Positions 28,401 to 42,400 of a stretch of 64,000 nucleotides of DNA are shown piece by piece. Within the stretch, counting starts at the first letter, position 1, and each line of letters opens with the position of its first letter. The DNA comes from Trichoplax adhaerens (Eukaryota; Animalia; Placozoa). Where the stretch lies: the NCBI RefSeq assembly GCF_000150275.1, contig NW_002060947.1, forward strand, positions 7,673,880 through 7,737,879, read 5' to 3'. A program made the position numbers and the translations under genes. Under the pieces are notes generated by a model that did not search any database, was not told the DNA's origin, and saw nothing but the letters and a program-made list of their open reading frames with translations.

Positions 28401-31400
28401 TAATAGTCTTCTACTATTACTATTAGCCACTTACTGTACTACTGTACCATTATTAGCTGAGATCATTATAGCTTTTCGTCCGTCAGTATACACAGAGATA
28501 ATATTTATACCTCCTGTTTGGATCATTTTTGTATCTCTAATATCACTAACAGAGTGTAAATTAATGAAAAATGGAATATCTGTAAGATGAAATTTACTAA
28601 ATAATGTATTCCTATAATTATAATCTAAATGTTTTGCTTTTTAGCTATGAAAACAATATATAGACATCAACATCAGTCATTGTACTTAATATTCTAGCGT
28701 AGCCAAAATGGTAATTTAAGAAAGATAATAGGACGCTATCCTAATAATGCGTCAGAATCAATTTTCTGTACTTATTACCGTGAAATTTAATCTAAAATAA
28801 ATAGCTACCGCTAAATAAAGTAAACGGTATAATATGTATATTGCTAGCCTTGACGTTAGTAAAATATAATTTGAGATCGTATCTTCAATCGGCTATTGGA
28901 TGAGTATCACATCATTACAATTATGCTAGTAATCGAATTTGATGAAAAAAGGTGTAAGACTAGCAAGGACTACTAAAATGAAAGAGAAGAACTGACAACG
29001 GGTCGTTCATTACACCAAAAATGATGGGGCTGGCTATCTAGCTGGTCATATCAACTGAACAGTTTGTCTGAACGATACGCGGCACTATCCGCGATTATCA
29101 TCCTAGTGGACGGCCGGGTTGGTTTGTGCAGTGCGATATACTGTTTCAGTGATAGCGTATAGTAGATTGGCCAGAAAAAAATAAGTCTTATCGTTATTTT
29201 TACAGAACGGCCGCTTTAGTTTCCCTCTTTCCTTTTAGGTAGGATAGGTAAGAGGATTTTTATCAACAAATGGAATCAATGTTCCGCTCCATGATCATTT
29301 AACAAGCTCTGAAAAATTATTTACATTTACTGCTTGATAAGTATGATTGCCTGAAATAATTATTATTTTTGAAAATGTTGCAAAAATTAAATTAAATCGG
29401 TTTAACTTGTACTTACCTTATTGTAAGTAATAATACTTTGATAGTCTTATAATTTAAACTATCAATGAATAAACTTATTAATGAAATTAAGACGTTTATT
29501 CGCTGTTGTATACAGGCTAGGCACGTTGAACTATTATTAAATTCAAAATTAATACTTGGGTATAGTAACAGGGGAATTAAAGTATAAAGATTGCACATTA
29601 AAATGCCAATTTGGGATCCTCATAATCGTTCATTGAAACCCTACTATCATGTCTTTATCTTCTGTTAAGCAGGATAGTGTATGAAAGTAATAAAATTTAA
29701 ATTTATTAGAACGTCAAATTAATTGTTGAAAGAAAAAGCACTATCATTATATCTCAACCAAAACTCGAATTTTCTACCCAAATTCAACTTTTGAATACAA
29801 CATACAAGTCTTACTACTACATACGACATTAAGAGGTCTTAGTTCTGATCAAATTGATCGATAATGGATCATTGAAACGACGTTTTTCTAAATTCTATTC
29901 TTGGCTAGACCTACTATATTCACTGAAGTTCAAATTAATTCATTGTAATATATTCTCATAAGTAATTCTCTCATATATCAAATGAATAATCGATGATCAT
30001 TAATAATACTGCCTTTTTATGACATATTTTTTAACTTCCAACACAGAGTCAGCTTCATAGAATTCTACTCTAAAAGTGCTACATAATTTATGCTAATGCA
30101 ATTGCAATGGATTTAACTAATTTAGGTTAGCCTCAACTTTCTCCACTCTCACATCTACTGTCATACCGGTATCTTAACCCTTAGAAGACAGGATATGAAA
30201 GATAGTTTATTAAATGATAGAAAGTATCGACGAAAGAGACGAGAAAGAAAGTAATTTATCTTAATTTCTTCGCTTATAGCAGGATAAGCTTAGGATAATC
30301 TTTCATAAAATGGAACGCCATTAATAGTTTGTATTAACGAATATATAAATTATATTCTAATTACATCATTCAAAGCCAATCATTTATCTACATTGATTAA
30401 TAGAAAACTCTCGCTAGTCTAAACCTTTTTTAAAGATTTTCTCACCTTTCATTAACCGTTGCACCAAAGCTTGTAAAATGATAGAAGATTTAGCAATAGG
30501 GTAATCAATGCTTAGTTTATATATATATATATAATTCAAAGAAATAATAACTGCAATCAATAATAAAGGGATTCGTAAATTATTCTCTTTTGATTTGGAT
30601 AAGACCAGGAAAAATATCGTATTTATGGTTTGACTTTTGTAAAAATAATAAAATATCGGCAGTGTCGTATAAGTGATGCTAATTCAACTTCATAAGATGG
30701 CGTTTCTATTATAATTATCATTCAGGAGTAAGAAAAGCCATAGACTCTCTATTGTCAAGATTAAAAATTGCATAAAAAATCAGTGATAAGTTCAACTCTT
30801 TAACAGGAATAAACACCGATAAGGAACATTTCTCGTCGCAAATTATTACTGCATTTTTGTGAAGATGTTCATATTTTTATTGTTCAGCTGGCTTTACGAC
30901 AATAAATTTCCTATAGGAGTAGGCTTTAATTAATCCTTAATAATTACAGTAAATCAATGTCTGGCTTATAATTAGATTAAATGATACGTTTATTCTACAT
31001 TCGCATAAGGATAGCTTTGCTAGTACAGATCTACAACTTCTATAACTTTAACTTCAGATCCTAAATATCTCAAATAGCTCCTCGTTGTATTATGCTCTCA
31101 GCGTCTAATGAAAGTAAAATATAAATTAGATTTAATATTAACTGACGAAACTGGCACCATATCAAAGATTTAAGAATAGGAACACGGTGGATAATAGATT
31201 TGTCTGGACAATTAAGATAAAAAGGGATAATACAATAAGTCATAATAGATAACGTCTAGCCTAGCGTCAATTACAGTCATTAATATTGGCTCCATCCGTG
31301 TTACTATCCCTTGCTGTTTATCTTTCAGCAATATTAATATAGTTTTTGAGAGATTAATAGAACAAAATAGATGATAGAAATAGGAATTAGTTACATTTTA

Positions 31401-34400
31401 TTTCGAGTAAGGATTACAAGTAACTATTCCGGTAATGCGTATTAAATTATCATTAAATGGGATAATCTAAAGGTAGGTGCAAATTAATGTTGAATTGATA
31501 AAATCAGTTTTCATACCCATACAATAAACGGAGCCGATGGCGATAAGGCATGATAATAGTAGTTAGCTACGATTGCAACTGACGCCAGCGGCTTAGAATT
31601 AAAGCTTCATCTCTGGGTCTTGGTATAAAATTAATTAAGAGACGTATATTGCTTTCAAGAAAAACCTTATGGTAACATTTTAACCAGCCATTTGGCTTAA
31701 TTATATCAATAACCGATGATCAATATGCGTATAAAATAGATAGGTTTATGAGATATCCTTTGTAAGCTCAATTTAATTCGATCCAATAGTAATCATCAAG
31801 TGCGTAAAAAATATGGATATACAGGTACGTAGTAATTAAATATATCTTTATCATCTGCATTGCAGCCTACCTAATGTAATCTCATTATTTACCGATAATC
31901 CTCATATAACCTTCATACTATTACAATTACAGTTACTAATACATCTTAGCAATGAATATTCCAGCGAGATTTACTCTATATTCTCGGCATGTCAACAGAA
32001 CAGCAATACCTATTAATTTTATTTTAGGTTTGTATCTTTCCGAGTCATGAATTCATTGCAAATTTTATCAAGATAGTACAAGTTAATCATTTATCCCTAT
32101 CAAAAGTAAGTTAGTAATGTAATCTCACAACAATTTAAACCTTGATGAGCTTTTCTTACTCATTACTACTGATAATTCAGGAATCGTTTAGAATTATCAT
32201 AACTCAGCTCAGAAAAGTAATAAATGTTCATGAATACGAAGATTCGCCTTGTTGACCATAAATATCATTTCATAACATCAATAAATAAAATTTATCTGAA
32301 ATCTTCATTCAAATGCAGCTTAAAATATACAACATTTCATATGATTAGCATCACCTTCAAATATTAACAATAACAAGATAATGTATGTAACTTCTATTAG
32401 GGAAATGAGCTGTATTTTTTAATTTCTTCCATAGATTTCTAAGCATTTCTCCTAAACATAATTCTTTCATGAAGACAGATGACTCATTCTTGCGCATATA
32501 CTTAAATGAAAAGCTAAGCATATCAACTAAATATTTATGTCCTAGCCATAATCGTATAATTATATAAAAGGATCGGTGTCTATGAATAAGACTTAAATTA
32601 AAATTACAACTGTTACGGCCAATGCCGGTAACGCATCCAGAACTGGTATTGACCAAAATTTCTTAACCATTGGCCATAATATAGCAACTCGTAATGTGAA
32701 TGTCTCAGCGCAATAATCGTAAATCTATTGGCGTGAAGACTAAATTATAAAAGTATGCCATAGCGTAAATTTATAGGAATAGAAAACTGAAAGAACCATA
32801 GCCTAGACAATAATGTGTCAGCCAATTTTTGCTAATACAAGTTCTAGTGATTAATAAACTGTTATTTTATAAATTACTTGAATTACTTTTGATGATACTG
32901 ATAAAAATCAATGGTGAAGTATTTGTTAATTATTTTATGCTAAAAGTTAAGAAACAGAAGTTGTGTAGTTTGTCTATATAGCCTGAAGCCACTCATGTTA
33001 AATTTTAGGGCTGAATTAGAGCACTAGTATTCTAATATCATTTCAAAGGTGCATAGAACTTTGCTCTATTCTCTGGCCGTATCACAAGTTCGTGATTATG
33101 AACAAGGAATATACGTGTATATTGATTATGACCGTTCTAGCATATGTAAAGCAACAAATACCAGTGTGGATTGTATCATCACATGTTCGGATCTATGATA
33201 TTAGAAGCTAATCAACCATGATTATACTAGCTCTCAGTATTTTAAGTCATGCTCTATTTGATGAATTATAAAATCTTGCTAAATAATGAAAAAGAAAAGA
33301 TGGCAAAGTCTCGGCTTGACAAGGTAAAACTTAAAGATACTATCACTTTCTATGAGTTTTCTATAGTAAAGTAACAATAGTTTCGTACTAAAAGCTATAA
33401 AGGACTCTGTTTTTAGTCCTTTACTACAGATCAGTATAAATATTTAACAATTAATGTGCTCATATTTCTATACAAGATAAAGTAATGGCAGTTCAATGAC
33501 ATTTGCAAAATATTAACATGAAAGGTTAGGTCAATACTTAGGATTTTCCATAATCTTCATCTGATTCTTTCTTAGTAGTAACCGTTTCACCTCAAACGTT
33601 TGGGCTATACAATTAAACTACATATTCATAATAGTATTTGCGGAAATTAGTCAATTTTTTTAATTTCATCTAGCAAAAGAACAGCAATTAGTAATTATCA
33701 AAGTAGAAGAAATATTGTTTACTGTTATCAGAAACTAGATAAAAATAAATTAATAGTAAATTGGTGCAAGTGTTTTATTTTGATTCTGAAGTAATGTAAT
33801 AAAGCCTCAGAAGAGCCAAGCTCTATTAATACCTTTCCATTAAGATTCGTTATATAATCCCCTTAGTCCAAGATCTAATGGATGAACACTATCATATTTT
33901 TGGCGTATTATTTTAGTAAAGTGCAATAATGCTAAGATTTTATCATAGCAGAACAATAAATTAACAACCAGCAGATTAAACTGTTCAAAAACAATTATTT
34001 ACCAATTTTGTAAAGTAATGGATATACCGTGCTTTAAAAAAAGAAACTGTAATAACTCAAGAAAATCACTTTCAATAGCTCTTTCTATATATATTTTATT
34101 AACTCGTCATTCAAATACTTACATTAATAAATAAATACGTTGCGGATACAATAACTTATCGAAAACAAGTTCTACTTAACCATTAACCATTATCATAATT
34201 TTCTACTAGTAGTTCCTTTTTTGTAAATAAGCTTGTAAATAAAATATCAGTTTCCTTCCTAAAGCAGGGGTAATTATTAGCAGACAGGATTAGCCATGTA
34301 AAAAAATAAGTGTATGAATTATTTAAGCGCTTTATGATTATCTTAATGGATGTTGTAATAGAAATGAGTCTAGTAATATATATATAAATATCTTACGAAC

Positions 34401-35199
34401 ATGGCCCACTTAATGCAAATATTAGGCTATACGATTGCAATTACTTTGATCTACCTAAAATTCATCTTTGTTTATCAAGGCAGAAGCCGGTCATGTAAAT
34501 ACATACCGTTAAAGCACAAAATGGGATTACACTAGAGATATTGTAGCTAAAGGCCTCTATGCAATTGTAAATACGTACTATGTAAATGCATTATATGTTT
34601 ACTATCGCAAATATTAAACTTTACTAGGCTAATTATAAATATGTAGGTAAAATTTATGACTAAGCATTAAATTAGAAGATATTACTTAGTACAGTACTTA
34701 ACTTTGTTGTTGAATAAAAGGGCTAATTAATGATAAAATTTTTATTATATGATTCTTAATTATTCTTCCTTTCGGTTGAATTAAAGTTGAGATATTTGTT
34801 ATCAAGCAAGTTATACTCAGTTAGTGTACTAGCAGTTATTCTGATTCGGTTAAGACCTACGTTTGGCTAATCTAAACATAGATGCTGCAACGAAAAGTTC
34901 AAATTTACTACGAAAGGTAGGCAATTTATAGCCGCAGCTTTACTTGCATTGCAATTATTAGGCTGCACTTACGTGAGCTAAATATTAAGTTCAAATTCAC
35001 ATCTAAACATGAGATTAATTAAAGCTCATAAAGTAGATGCTAGATAAAAGTACAGTCTGAAACGTGACTAGTTATCAATTTATGACTTTTATCATTAACA
35101 GTTGCCGTATTCACTTTACAAAAGTTGAAATATTTTATAAGCCAAACCGCCATAGCCAATGCATCTAACACGCTGAAAAGTCTTTTAAAATCTGTAATT

Positions 35200-35790
35200 A
35201 GCTATTTGAAGACTATAAGTTCAGAAGCAAACGCCTACATGCAATGAAAAAATCCTGTACTACAGTATGTGCAGGTGCAGTACTACGTGTTGATGGCAAA
35301 TATAAAAAGTGGTGATTATAGAGATTAAATATGAATTCATGTGTAAACATCAAATTAAAGTCATTACGCAGGTGCTTGGCATAAATAGTACATAAAAGTG
35401 AGATAGTAAATCTTTTAAACTGGCAACATTAGCCGTTATCTATTTAATGGAAGGGGAAAATTTTTAGTAGCCAGGCAGTCTGGGCTAGTGTACTTACGGA
35501 ACAAAATATCCACTAAAGCCGCAACTAGCAAATATGAAACTATGGAAGCTAAAGCATAAGGTCTACATGCACCGAAAAATGTGTATCGTATGCAGGTTTA
35601 ATATTGTGTACTAGATGCAAGTATTAAATTACATCAGCAGTACGGTGTAAAATACTCACTTAAACCACAACTAGCAAATATGAAGTCATGATTGCTAAAG
35701 CAGAAGCCTACATGTACTGCAAAATGCGTATCATTAGCAGGTCTAATATAGTGCATTGAATGCAAGTATTAAGTTGAAGCAGCAGTTGTC
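35200..35790. repeat. Diverged ~150-bp repeat, two clear copies and one older copy
   Basis: 35514-35641 and 35661-35786 share caactagcaaatatgaa...gctaaagca...ctacatg...gcaggt...atgcaagtattaa...cagcagt. A weaker copy lies near 35200-35305. Confidence 0.7.
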
Positions 35791-38700
35791 ATATAACTTA
35801 AATTCGATTTATAGCCTAAACATCCAATTAGTGACTCTTATCCAGACGCTTGGTTTGAATATTGGATAGAAAAGCGAGTATTTATCCGATGATAGCTTTC
35901 AATGTCAATCTATTATCATTGCATGGATCACAGTAGAAATATTTAATAAGCTGGCTAATCTTGCTAAGTCTACTAAGGGTGTTTTATAACAGTCTATTTA
36001 TAGCCAAGAGTATACTAATCTTATACCAATCCGTGCTACTTTACCCTATTGATGGCTAATGAGAGTTGTTAGCAACTCTTCATGTTAGGCTATTGTCATC
36101 ATCCAAATCAATAACTAGATAACGACAATGTATTAATTCCTATTTTTCTGTTGTGTTAACTAGACATCGTCAATAGACAACGATTGTTATGGATATTAAT
36201 TTATTTTCAATAGTAATTTCTTTATTCAAGATAACAATAAGGTTAAATTATTTGTTGTTCGACTGTATTGTTGACATCATTAGCCGACGAATTGGATAAG
36301 AACTACGATAGAACATATTTTATCTTGATGAAGTATAGAATAGGAGTCTATGAAATAGAGAGATAAAAGAAAAAGAGTAACGCAGCGTTTTATTACTAGC
36401 ATTGTAATCACTATTACATTAGTCTATTATTTATTCGGATAATTTTACTCTTTTCCTTCACCGTTTATATCAATAACTCCAATAGATATAGTCGCTGATA
36501 GGATCAAGCTGGCAATCAGGAGTGATTTCAATCAACAAAATGTTGATTTTTGTTAGTTATTGAATTATTGATGATTAAGATCATTATAAGGGGATACTCG
36601 AGCGATCAAGTAATCTAATCGACTGCCCTAAAATTAGATGCGTATCTAGTTCTTTTAGAACTTGGTTTAGATACTCGTATACTATAAACGGCTACCTTCT
36701 TACGCGAATAGGTTTGTTATAGCCATTTGACGTGCAACCATCAACTTTAATTCGTCTTATCCAAGCTAATCGATTCAAATCACCCGTTACTTTCCATCGT
36801 TGGACTACATTTGGACATTTTGAAGAAAAGGCATTTTTTACTGTTATCTTCTTAACAATCTAGTTAAAATTTTACACAGGTAAAATTAGTGTAATCGATA
36901 ATAGAATATGAATAAATAGTTAGTAAGATAATATAGATAGTATCGATCGAAATTGAAATCAGATTTTATATTGTATCATCTCTAGCTATATTTATCCACA
37001 CTTTAATATTGAAGCCATGTATAAGTATTTATTTAACATTCTTTTATCTGAAACATGTTACATTGATACTAAAATTTGTAATGTTACAGTCATCGCCAAT
37101 TGGTTATTAGACTTAACTTTTCAAAGTTATCTTTATAATTTCTGTAAAATGTTACTAGTTGAGTGCATGAAATCCGATCTATAGAGGTAGTAGAGTAAGC
37201 CATATTTATTGATTATAGTGTAAACGATAGTTGTTTTGTCATGGGAAACCTTTTATGATAGCTGTAGCAACGATAAAGACCGGAAAAGTTCTTTAAAGTG
37301 ATGAGCTTTATTTCATGCCAACGTTACTAATAGCCCTAATAGGACTCGATGTATTTCGTTTCTCACTTTAAAAGCCCAGTCACTCCTAGCTTACGTAATG
37401 GCAGATACCTTTCTTTCGACGGAAAGTTTACATAGAAAGCGAAGGTTTAATAATATTAATTTTATAGTTTATAATCTTGAGGCTACTGCTCATTCGAAAT
37501 GTTCATTTTCAATAACTGAAATGGAAAAATGATATTCTGGGCACTCTAATTTTAAAGTTAGCTTTTACTGTCAAAATTAATCACAACTACCGAGTTGATT
37601 ACATCGTCGATCGTAGTAGAAACCTGTCAAATTTATTTAATATTCTCTACAAAGGTTCAATTATGGTGATGGCTGTACTATTAGTAACAGGGAATTGGAA
37701 TAAATCACAAAATTTCTAACAATATTTTATCTTTACTTTGCCATTTCATTGAATATCAGGTCAATGAAAACTAGACTTGTCAATCTATTTTACTTTTTTA
37801 ATGTCTACTAATCGTATCGAAATGTCATCGATATCGAATACTATTTAAATCATTGTTCAATTAATACCTAAGTGTCACTAATAGTAAGTTCTTAATCCCT
37901 ACAGCAGCTAACATATTTTAAAATAAAATGACAGAATAAAACTGACTGTCGAAAGAACATCCTTTTAATTATAGGAAGTTATTGACAATTTATAGTACAT
38001 TCACTATAAATTCCTTTGAAAGCGTTAAAATTAGCTGTAGCAGCAGGATAAACTAATCTACCTTAATAAAGAATGTATTAGGCACAGTAAAACATCGATT
38101 TTAGTACTCGATTTTAAATGATCAAGAAAAGTATATAGATAAGCAGATATTGGCTTAATAGTTTTATGTAGTAAAAGTTGTCATATTAAAAGTATTCAAA
38201 AAGGTTTGATATCGATTATGTATGAAATTTTAAAAAGTTGGACATTTTCTTTCACATAATGAAATATACATATCCGGTAGAAGCTTCGACAAAGAATGAT
38301 TTATGACGTAGTGAACAAATAAGTTGGTAAATAATTTATTTTCAAGTTAGCTAATTGATATTAGATTCCAATAGAGACAAAAAAGTTCTATAGTTCGAAA
38401 GATGAAAAATAAATAGAAAGATACTTGTGGCAATTTTAGATTCTTGTCATCTATAGGGATCATAAATTTTTCGTTGGTAATGATATTTATTTATTCGTCT
38501 TTAAAAATAACGAGAAATATTTTTACTCCAGATCCTAGTAACAACGGTCGTCCTTGTTGGAAAATAATTATTAGTTAAGGCAATAAGGATACTATCGATC
38601 CATCTTTCTCCCAGTTTTACTGTCATTACTCATCGTTACTATTAGAGAAATCATCGTTATATTGCATCTTATTCCACAAATTATGTTATCCTATTTCATC

Positions 38701-39414
38701 TTCATTAACTGGCCAACATTACTATTAAATGAAGCTTTTTGTCAAATTGCTATTAAATGATACCCCTTACTCTTAAACATGATAATCCATGCATTCCACT
38801 CTTAGAACTTCATCAATTTTGTGGTAAAGTTTCGCTGTTAATAAAATCCTGACATTGTTGCATTTCATGAAAAAGATTTGACCACCAACCAAATTAAAAT
38901 TACTTTATGCTACTCATGGATTCTACCGAGGGACTAATACAACTGTTTTTCTTAACCAGTTTAACGATCATATCGTCTTACTACAATTCCTTTGACAAAG
39001 GCCTACTTTTGAAAGACAATAAAAACGTTGTATATTATGAAAGTTTTAAATTTCAATCTACACCGTTATTAGGAACTCCTAAATACGAGTAGTGGACTTG
39101 CTTGACTACTTTATAAGCTAATCAGAAGTAAAGATGATAGTTACAGTTATTAAGTGTTTGTACTTCTAGCTGCGATGATTTTTCTGTGTTAATTTGAGCA
39201 TCGTTAAGAAAGGTTAGATTAAACTCCTTAAGAATACTCGTATAAATTATCTCTGTTTCAGTAATAGACAAGGTAATATCGATAATTTTGCTTTGATGTC
39301 AAATATTGATGATATTTTTCCTTTATATTTAGTACCTGACCTTTAGGACCCGCTAGACTTAGCGATTGGTGTTAATGTTGACTATGGAAGCTAACTAAAT
39401 ATCCAGAGACTATA

Positions 39415-42400
39415 ATGCAACTATTAACTGCTACATTGATATTATTTATATTTTCAACACTTGGCCAAGGCCAGTGGTTGACAAACGACAGGTAGACGAT
39501 TACTTATCTGTAACATAGAATCTTTTTTAAATCCTCAAAATTAGATCCGCTGCCTTTAATGGCTGTTTGTTAATAAAGTTGAAGGCTATATTATTATATG
39601 CTCTATTCCTAATCTTCTCTGAATAACTATGGTATTATTTGGCTACAGTAGAAATTTTTCCTGTAGAAAGATTTAAAAATAGTTTAGTGCAGTACGGTAC
39701 CACACCAAGACTGGAGAATGAAGTACTAAAAATACTATCGCAATTTGCAAATTTCACAGTACTTCAAGATACAGTAATTGTGAAGCTTCTGTCTTCTCAT
39801 GTTAATTTCAGTTAGAAGAAAGATTAAATACGGATTATTTATACTAAAAAATTAAAGGATACATTTTTCGTATTAAATACATGCTGCAAATACTTCTTGC
39901 TCCAGTCAATGATAGCTAAAACAGTGATAGTAAATTTTCTTTAAATATTTCATTTTTCTTTTCTCTGATATAAATTAACAAAATCTCTTAATTTCTGCAA
40001 TTTCAAAATTAGCTCACGATACAAATACCTTAGAGATCAATTTGTAACCTATCTTTTGCCTTTATTTCTCAACGAAAGGGTCGAAATTTGGGCTTTAAAA
40101 TTAAGTACAGAATTATACACCCTTTCTGAGTCCCTAACAACGGTTGAAAATATCGTCCAGGTATGCAAATAAATTATGATTTTTAAATAAAAATTGACAT
40201 TAGATATCAATTGATAGCTATTGCATGAATAAAATTCTAAATATCATAAGGTATCAATATTTTGGAAAGAAAGTAGATAGTTTAAAGTATCATAACTTTA
40301 CGTAAAATCAATCTATCACTTTAGGATTTTTTTTAACACGTTTAATATATTAGTCAAAGAGTTAGTCATTTTTAGAGACAACCTATTACAGTTTCTTGAT
40401 AACATAAAAATTTTAATAGTCCAATTCGGCAGCAGTTATTAGTGTAAAACTTGGACATATTTCAATAAGATATTCCAAATTAGATAGCAGGATTAAATAA
40501 ATTAAGTTGCAGCATTGAGAGGTATTACGATTCTGTAAATAAAGCAAGTAGCCTAAGGAACCCTAACTCTACGTGAAGTCTATAATTATTTTAGAATCTT
40601 TTGAAAACATTTAAAACATTAGCAAAAGATGTAAGCACTTATAGAGACAGCCTATTGCAGTTTTCCGATGACTCTAACATTTTAAAAATCCAATTCGACA
40701 GCAGGTGCAATTAAAACATTTTTACTCTGTGTAAAAAAATTAGGGAGCGAATATCGACATTGCAAATGATATAGCAGGATACCATCTCACGTTACCCAAT
40801 TGGTAGAATTAGTACAGTCTTAGAATAGATATCAAAAAGACTGCTGTATTTGTAGATTTTGCATAATCTATTTCTAAGAAAATAAATTACAGTAGCTGAA
40901 TAGAATTAATGGAATTCTCTCACTATTCAAAAAGGGAAGGCGGTGTCTAGATATATGTTATTGGGTTATCATTAAATTAAAATTTATTTACATGGTAAGA
41001 CGGATTCTGAAACAAATATCTTCAGTATGATTGTGCATAACTAAGATAATGAAGGAATAAATAGTGCAAGTTTAGGAGAAATGTATCTATCCTGTCTGCA
41101 TATATACTGTAAAAAGTATATGCTTTACCTATTCAGTTCTTGAGCATTTTTGATTTCTATTTCCATTGATGAACGATTTAATACAGCTCTATACACTAAT
41201 TTCTTTGGCTTTTGTTTCAATTTTCTTAACTACATCGGTACTAACTAACTAATAGAATGATTAGCTGCTATAGTGTTATATGCAAAGGCAACAATGATAC
41301 TACCTAATCCTAACTTCGTGTTAGATGCAATAAATAATTACAGTCATCCATCGCCAGAGATAATAATATCTAATGATGGAGTTCAGTATTCGAGCAAAAT
41401 TATTTAAAATCTGCAAGTGTTACTAAGTAACAGAGAATAAAATATATTATACAAGCCTTCCATTTTCATAAGTATTGATAATTTATAAGGAAAAGTTTAA
41501 TTTTGTAGAAATTTTTCACTTACAGAAAATATGAACATGAATTAGTTAACGATTTTGACTTTGAATTGCACTAGGCTTATGAGGCAAGGAACGTCAGCGC
41601 TGTTTCTTTGAATGCCAGTGATATTGCATCTCAATTTCGACAACGTTTAGGTGGCTTATTAAGCAATAAAGTGGATGCGTTAGACGTAAGTTATTCATTA
41701 GTAAATAATAAAGAAATAATGATATATAATTAACAGCTATCAAGAAAATGGGTTTTAACTTGTAATTCTATATCTAACTAATCGCTAGCTGTCACACTAC
41801 TAATATTTCATAAGCTTAGAAGTTTAGAAATAATTTCAAGTCAATCTCATTGTCAAGTTATTCCTATTCGTTTTTATGTCTTATCTTAAGATTATTGAAT
41901 CAATTTTTTTTAATTCATCTTAGTACAATTTATCATTTTAGTATGATTTCCTAATCAGCTAAATTTTACTTTTCGATATAACATAACTTTAGGAATTAAT
42001 TAATGTAGCCGAAAAAGCATATAGTGATTACAAATACAATGATTCATTGAAACCGGGAGATGTACAGGTAATTACGGCAATACTTTCTTTTACCTACGCA
42101 AATAATTCTGATTACTTATCTAAAATTATCTATGATATAATACTCTACTACCCTTGCCTATTATGCAGTCAAATAATTAAAAGGCGCTGATGTAACCTTC
42201 AAATTTATTGTAGACTAGCTGTTTAAATAAACTCACTAAAAAATTACAATTCAGTAGAATTTTCAAATTTAAAACGGTGTGTTACTAGACCAAAAATTAA
42301 ACTGATATAAAATTCGCATCAATAAGTATTCTTAACGCAGAAATCTAAATGTTCATTCTGTCCATGTAGCCATCATACTTGCATAAAAATTTTAAACCCA

